From Lama guanicoe (lineage: Eukaryota), in assembly GCA_013239625.1 (NCBI GenBank), contig MU053881.1, positions 558,001-622,000 of the forward strand: a stretch of DNA of 64,000 bases, written 5' to 3'. Within the stretch, counting starts at the first letter, position 1. Every line of letters starts with the position of its first letter. The notes beneath the pieces are model-generated. The model had not been told where the DNA came from. It ran no database searches and saw only the letters and a list, made by a program, of their open reading frames with translations. Below, piece after piece: positions 57,881 to 64,000 of the stretch. A program made the translations under genes and the position numbers.

Positions 57881-60800
57881 GGACGGAAACACAAGGTCAC
57901 AGAGGTGGCGGCTCCAGAGGGTCCCCAAGGTACCGGCTCCAGGCAGCTGGGTACGCTGTTCCTGAGACAGGTGTGAGGAGGCAGCCAGACATCCGGGCAG
58001 TGCCCTCACTTCACACCACCTCTCCATCCCGGCCCCCTGTGGGTGCGACTCCCTGGGGCCTCCGCGTTGCTCCTCCATGACATCTGGCCCTAGGACCCCT
58101 CCACAGGGATGTGAGTGCTGCGGAAGCCTTCCTGTGTCTACTGGCCTGGGGTGGGGGTCCGGGGCGTGGAGGGCCTCCCGAGCAGCCAGCTCACCCCTGG
58201 CTACTGGCTAAGTTACTTTGTGAGCTATCACCTGAAGTTTGCTTAGGTTGACCAGTCCACTGCCATGGTGGTGGGAGTGCTCCGAGTCTGGCCAGCATAC
58301 AGGGGTGAGGGGCGGGCCCCAGCACTGGCTGGAGTTGCTCGATGTTGGTTGGGATGGCTGGGGCCAAGTGGGGCCTTGGCTGAGCGCTGAAGGCCCTTGC
58401 AGACTCTTGTCCACCCAGCCTGCAGCACAGGAGGGACCAGGAAAAGCTGCTTCCTTCCTGCCTTCTGGCCTTCCTGCAGGAGGCCTAAGCAGGACCGGGC
58501 TGAGGGCCAGCTGACCCTCTGCCTTCCCCCCACCTCCTGCTTCCCTGCTCCCCAACACCACACTGCATGAGGCTGCAGGAGGGCCTGGAGACCTTCTGAC
58601 CGTCCACGTCCCGGGGGTCCTCTCCTTGCTCTACCTGCACAGCCCAGTGCAGCCCAGGCTGCTGCAGTCTTCCTGTCTGGATGGGGCCCCCAGGGCTCCA
58701 GAGGGCCTGAAAGGGAGACCCTCAGGACTTGGAACAGGGAGGACATGGCTGGGGCAAAGTTCTCCTTGTAGGTCTGTAGGCAGGATGTGTCACCTAGCGA
58801 AGGGCATGGCTGGGGCAGAGTTCTTTGCAGGTCTATAGGTGGGTTGTGTCATCTGGGGAATGACATTTTGGCTCCTTGAGAGAATGGCCACGTAAGCAGA
58901 CTGGCAGGGAGGCCAAGGTGGGGCTATGTCCGACCAGCTAGGCCACATTTGTTCAGTTGTGTATGATGAGCCCTTGCACACTGTCCTGGGCCAGGCCTCC
59001 TGCAGCAGCCACATGCCCTCAGCCAGATGTCAGGAACTACAACACCAGGCCTCCACCAGGACACCTTCTCTGCAAGCCTGGCCACAGGGAGCCGGTGTCC
59101 AGGAGCATCAGAATGACGGGGTACCATGGCTCCATTGAGGGCCCACTCTCCTTCAGGGGAGCATCCAGGAGGCTGGGACTCCAAGGGTCTGGAGAGCAGG
59201 AAGGAGGGCACTCCCAGCCAAAGAAGTGTGGGGCTCAGAAGCCTGTGAGACGTGACAGCCAGGTCACCTGGGCCTTCCCTGTAGAGAGCTGTTACTGTTT
59301 CTGGAGGCCCAGCAGGGTCAGGTCTTTGCAGGCCCACGAGAAACCTTTCTCGTTCTTACAGGGAGACAACTGTATTAAGCCCATGGAAAGCCAGACTAGA
59401 TTTTCAGGCCAGGCTGGACCCTGGCTTCCAATTGCCTTGAGTAGGAGACTCAAGATAGGGCTGGCCCAGTCACTGATGCTTAGAGGAAGGCCAGAGGGAC
59501 CCAGATCTGAAGGGAAGGGAGGAGATGGGCAGGAGCAGGAAGCGAATGTAGGAGCAGGTGGCATCCTGGAAGCCAACATCCAGGAAGGACACGTGGGCCT
59601 GGCATGACGGACCCTGGATTCAGGTTTCGGGCCCAGTTTCACATCCAGCCTTGACCAAGTTTGTGCAACAGCTTCACTAGCACTCAGACTGCAGCCCACG
59701 GCCAAGTACCTGCTGAAGGCCCCCAGGGAAGACATCAGACCCTCCAGAGGGCTGGCCTCAGCTGCACAACCCTCCCCAGTGTCTAGGGTACCCCCTCTCC
59801 TGGTCCTGGGCCAGGTTCACCCCCAAGCAGCCTGGATCTCAGCAATGATGGATGCCCTCTTGACCACTGGGAGGGTAGGTGCTAGTCCTGGAGAGGAGGT
59901 GAACACCTGCCCCCTCTCCATGCCCCTGCCCCACCAGCAGGTTAATGGCAGACCTTCGCTGGGCCTGGCACCTGCCTGTGCCCCTCTGAGCCTGTTTCCT
60001 CTTCCCTAAGTACAGGGCACAAGGCCTGTGCCCCAGCTTGGCTCTTGAATCTGTTTCTTTAATCAAGAGGACACCAAAGGGAATATTGTGGTCCATGGGC
60101 CTCAGATGTCCTGATTACTCTGCCTTCTGGTGGAGGGAGGGGTGGGAACATCCCCAATAGTATGGTCACAGCTGCGCACAGGACTTGGGCAGTGGAAGGC
60201 TCCTGGGAAGGGAGGCCAGGGTAGGGAGCAGGCTGTGCCCAGGCCTCAATGCTCAGGGCGATTCAGGACAGCAGGGCCCCCCCCCCCCAGCTGCCCACAT
60301 GGCCTGTCCACCTGGGGCAGGCTAAGGTTGGACAGAGCTTGGCCTACTTAAAGATCCCAGAAGGACCGCATTCTATCGAACCGGCTGCATCGGGGCCAGG
60401 CCCTCTGCCCCACCTTCCTGGGACATGGAGGTGTGGATGGAAGGAGAAGCCAAAGTCCCTCAGCCTTAGCGCCCAGGGACTTCTGCCCTACTCCCCAGGC
60501 CTTTGCTCCTGCCAGCACTTGAGCTGCCTCCCCAGCCCACTCACCACTTCAGTCCAGCCACTCCACCCACAAAGGTTATGGGAAGCCAGGATGGCCTGGC
60601 AGAGCTCTGGCATAAGGCTCAACCCATGCAGAGGCAATCAGAGAGCTTGGGTTTCTGCCTTTGACAAGCAAGGACAGAGTGGAGCCACGACCAGAGACAC
60701 CAGGGATGAGGGTCAAGCCGGGGACCTTGCAGGCAGCAGGCAGGGCAGGAAGAGGGGCAGGCTGTGGAGGGCCAGTGTATGCAGCGTTCAGTGAAATGAC

Positions 60801-63652
60801 AGACGAGTCAGTCTGAGCAGGTGCCAGGCCCAGGAACACCCAGGGCCCATCACTTTCTGGTAAACAGAAGCTCAAGACTTGGGTAGGGAAGATCCCTGGG
60901 TAGGGAGCAGGCTGTGCCCAAGCCTCGGTGGTCGGGGTGGTTCAGGTCAGCAGGACCCCCCACTGCCTCCCTGGCCTGTCCATCTGGGGCAGGCTAAGGC
61001 TGGACAGAGCTCACCTGCGTAAAGATCAGAGAAGGCCCCAGAGCGGGAGCACGGGCAGCAGTTAGAGGGGGACAGGCCTCCTTACCCTTCCTGCAGTTTT
61101 ACAGGGCCCCACTGCAGGGGGCGCCTTGGGTGTTGCCAGTGGCACGGGCTGCCCATATGGGACTCAGTGGCTCCCCAGCACTGGGGTGGCATTGGGGTGG
61201 GCATCAGGGACAAAAGGTGGGTGGGTGTGGACTCAGCTACGCAGAAGGGAAGCTACCTGCCCTTTTAGGCAGCTCTGAACTCCCTCCTGCTGGGCCTGAG
61301 CACCTCCAGTCCCCACTCCCTGTCAGCGGCTGGGCAGGTGAGTGTTGGGGGTGGCTGACTGCCTGTTGAAGGGGTCAGGTTTCCAGGGTAACCTGGCCTC
61401 AGAACCCAGCTGGAAGCTCAAAGATCCTGTAACCCGACTCCTGACTCCCTCCCCAGTGGGGATGCCCCTGAGCAGAAGCTTGGAGTAGCCTTGACCTTTG
61501 GCCCCAGGCAGGCAGGGTGTGGGGAAGGAGAAGGGGGCAAGCTAGAGTCTGGAGTGCCTCGTGGAGGATCCACTTGGCTCCTGGCTCCCCCCCAAACCCC
61601 TCCCTCCTGCCTATGGGCTATGGCTCCCTCTTCCCCTGGGACTTAGCTCTCAGACTAAGTCCTACTGCAGAAGGGGGATGTCTTGAGGTGAGCTTTGCCT
61701 TGGTCATGACCTTTGGTGTACCCAGCTGTGGGGAGGTGACACCATCCCAGGGCATTCTAGGGACTGTGACCCCACAAGGGATAAGGAACATAAGAGCTGT
61801 CTGGGGGTGAGAGGGGAGATCTGGAGAGCTTCTTAGACTTGGGGACTTTGCTGCTATGCCTTGAAGGCTACAAGAGTTTTCATTAGGCCCAGAAGAGACA
61901 GCATGTGTGAAAGCATGGATCAGACAAGGAAAAGGAGATGTGTGTGACGGGAAATGAAGAGAGCAAAGCCGAATTGGAAATGGCCTTGAGTGCACAGCCT
62001 GGCAGGGCCTGGCTGCCTCAGCTGCAGGCAGTGATGTCGTTGACTTATTTTTGCTCGCTGGGCCCTGCCAGACCGGTGGAGCCAGGTACTTGGCACCCTG
62101 GGGATCCCTCTTCACTGTCAGGGAGCCCCTCCTCTGTGCTGCTGCTTCTGGCCCATGTGCACCCCTAATGCCTGCAGCTGGGACCCAGCTGGAGGTTCTG
62201 ACACAGGTCTCCTTGGGATGGCATGGTGCAGGCCTGAAACAGATCTCCAGAGAACCAGGCCTTGGGGCACTGAGAGCTCGCATCCCCTCTCTGCCGCTGA
62301 CTTACTGAGGGACCCTGGACTAGTTTCTCAACTTCGTTTGTTCAGCTAAGCACAGGGGACTGTAACTGCAGCAGTCACCCCCCGGGGCTGGCTGAGACTA
62401 TGAATCGTGAGCTGGTGCCTGGTGTAGAATGACAAGCGTGACGTGAAGACAGTGACAAGGGGGCCCCTGGGGCTCAGTCCTACTTGGAGGATGAGTGGGG
62501 GAATCCAGGGAGGTTTTCTGTGCCCCGGGGGCCTTGGGGATGGGGCTGCCTGTGCTCTCAGTGAAGAGGGGCAGGGAGTGAAGTGCAGAGGCTGAGATGC
62601 GGGACAGGGGGAGGCTGGGGGGCTGAGTTCCTTGAGGGAGGGCTGGGTCCTTGTGCACTGTATGGGACCTTGGGTGTCCTACCTCCTGGAAGGAGCAGAT
62701 GCTGCAAGGAGAAGCAAGAGGGGCTTTGGAGCCACTGGGTGGAGAGGATTTGTCCCACCTGGGGCTGGAAGTGATCCTGCAGCCCTCCCACTTCAGATAT
62801 CTCCTCAGTGGAGAAAATAGAGGGGCAGATGGAGAGCACTGGAGAGGGCGAATTCCCTTAGTGGAGGCTTTTCTTCCCCAAGTGTGTCAGTGTGACTTCA
62901 GAGTGACCCTTATGTAACCCCATGTGGCTTGCATGTGGCAGGCGTGAGAACACATAGATGGGCTCTCTGTGTGTGGGTATACTGGTGACGGTGCGCACAC
63001 CCACAGGCGACGTGGTGGACGTGTACCAGCGGGAGTTCCTGGCGCTGCGTGACCGCTTGCATGCGGCTGAGCAGGAGAGCCTCAAGCGCTCCAAGGAGCT
63101 CAACCTGGTGCTGGACGAGATCAAGAGGGCCGTGTCGGAGCGGCAGGCGCTACGAGACGGAGACAGCAATCACACCTGGGCCCGCCTAACCGGTGAGCCT
63201 CGGCCAGCACAAGAAGCAGCAGGGCACATGGGGCGGATGGTGGGCAGCCAGCCTTGTCTGACCTGTCCCTTCCCGACCCACCCAGAGGATCCACGCCTAA
63301 AGCCGTGGAACGTCTCCCACAAGCACGTGCTGCACCTGCCCACTGTCTTCCATCACCTGCCGCACCTGCTGGCCAAGGAAAGCAGCCTGCAGCCGGCAGT
63401 GCGCGTGGGCCAGGGCCGCACAGGAGGTAGGGACGAGCCTGGATGGGGCGGGGGGCGGGGCGTTCCCCTGCGGGGCGGCCGGTGGAGTGCCCGGGACCAA
63501 CCCTCCGCACCCCCGCAGTGTCGGTGGTGATGGGCATCCCCAGCGTGCGACGAGAGGTGCACTCGTACCTGACAGACACGCTGCACTCACTCATCTCAGA
63601 GCTGAGCCCACAGGAGAAGGAGGACTCGGTCATCGTGGTGCTGATTGCCGAG
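57477..63652 (+). CDS. MGAT4B: Alpha-1,3-mannosyl-glycoprotein 4-beta-N-acetylglucosaminyltransferase B (GnT-IVb), 3'-partial, first 4 coding exons
   Basis: Exons 57477-57573, 63007-63192, 63286-63426, 63519-63652 (558 nt, in frame). [33 protein letters not shown] signal-anchor, [17 protein letters not shown] stem, [18 protein letters not shown] catalytic start. The gene continues beyond the window. Confidence 0.96.
60182..61040. repeat. Diverged direct duplication (about 60182-60370 and 60877-61040) in MGAT4B intron 1
   Basis: Shared gggtagggagcaggctgtgccca, ggcctgtcca.ctggggcaggctaagg.tggacagagct and taaagatc blocks. Confidence 0.85.
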
Positions 63653-63814
63653 GCGAGTGGGCTGGGGTAATGGTTGGGGGGACGTTCAGAGGAGGACACA
63701 GGGCACAAAATAACAAGGAGAAATGAAAACAGAGCAACATTTAAGAGGGAAAAGCTATTAGGTCAGTCGTCAGTTTCATCCACAAACACCACGATAAAGT
63801 TGAAGGAAACATGC

Positions 63815-63830
63815 TAGCGCCCCCTCGTGG
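63815..63830 (-). promoter_or_regulatory. CTCF motif
   Basis: Reverse complement CCACGAGGGGGCGCTA closely matches the CTCF core consensus. Confidence 0.6.
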
Positions 63831-64000
63831 AAATGCCAGTTACTGCCCGCCCCACCCCTTGGCCGGAGTATCTAAAAGGGCTTTTTCTGAAGGCATCTGT
63901 GGCCCCCAGGCCCAGCCTTACTTAGCCTTCAGGATGGTGGGCTCACTCCTTCTGTGTGTGGGATGGTAGCCTGTGCCCTTCCACCCATCCCTTCCAGGCC

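Noticed and set aside
63427..63518. Mirtron (human MIR1229 lies in an MGAT4B intron)
   Set aside because: The short intron has a G-rich 5' and C-rich 3' end, but it does not match miR-1229 as I recall it; that intron is probably beyond the window.

Overview
Mammalian genomic DNA, most likely camelid (alpaca/llama/camel), judging from the short tRNA-like SINEs. It is syntenic with human 5q35.3 in reverse orientation. It holds four spliced genes: the 3' part of TBC1D9B (+, 14 exons to the stop), complete MRNIP/C5orf45 (+, 7 exons, 334 aa), complete SQSTM1/p62 (-, 8 exons, 440 aa) and the first 4 coding exons of MGAT4B (+). I reconstructed all exon boundaries by hand and all keep frame. Most entries in the ORF track are GC-rich or repeat artefacts, and I found no evidence of a new protein-coding system. 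The most unusual feature is a ~1.15 kb minisatellite in MRNIP intron 4. Its units carry an E-box, a GTGAGT 5'-splice-site motif and an RBFOX TGCATG motif, it has a 212-bp higher-order period, and its single interruption contains a 22-mer found again 10.8 kb away. Other notable points are three GC-donor introns (two consecutive in SQSTM1), abutting convergent MRNIP/SQSTM1 3' ends, an ARE/AP-1 cluster upstream of SQSTM1, an LTR just upstream of MRNIP, a hairpin-rich intronic segment in TBC1D9B, and an A87 tract. Repeat family names are from recognition only, not a database search.
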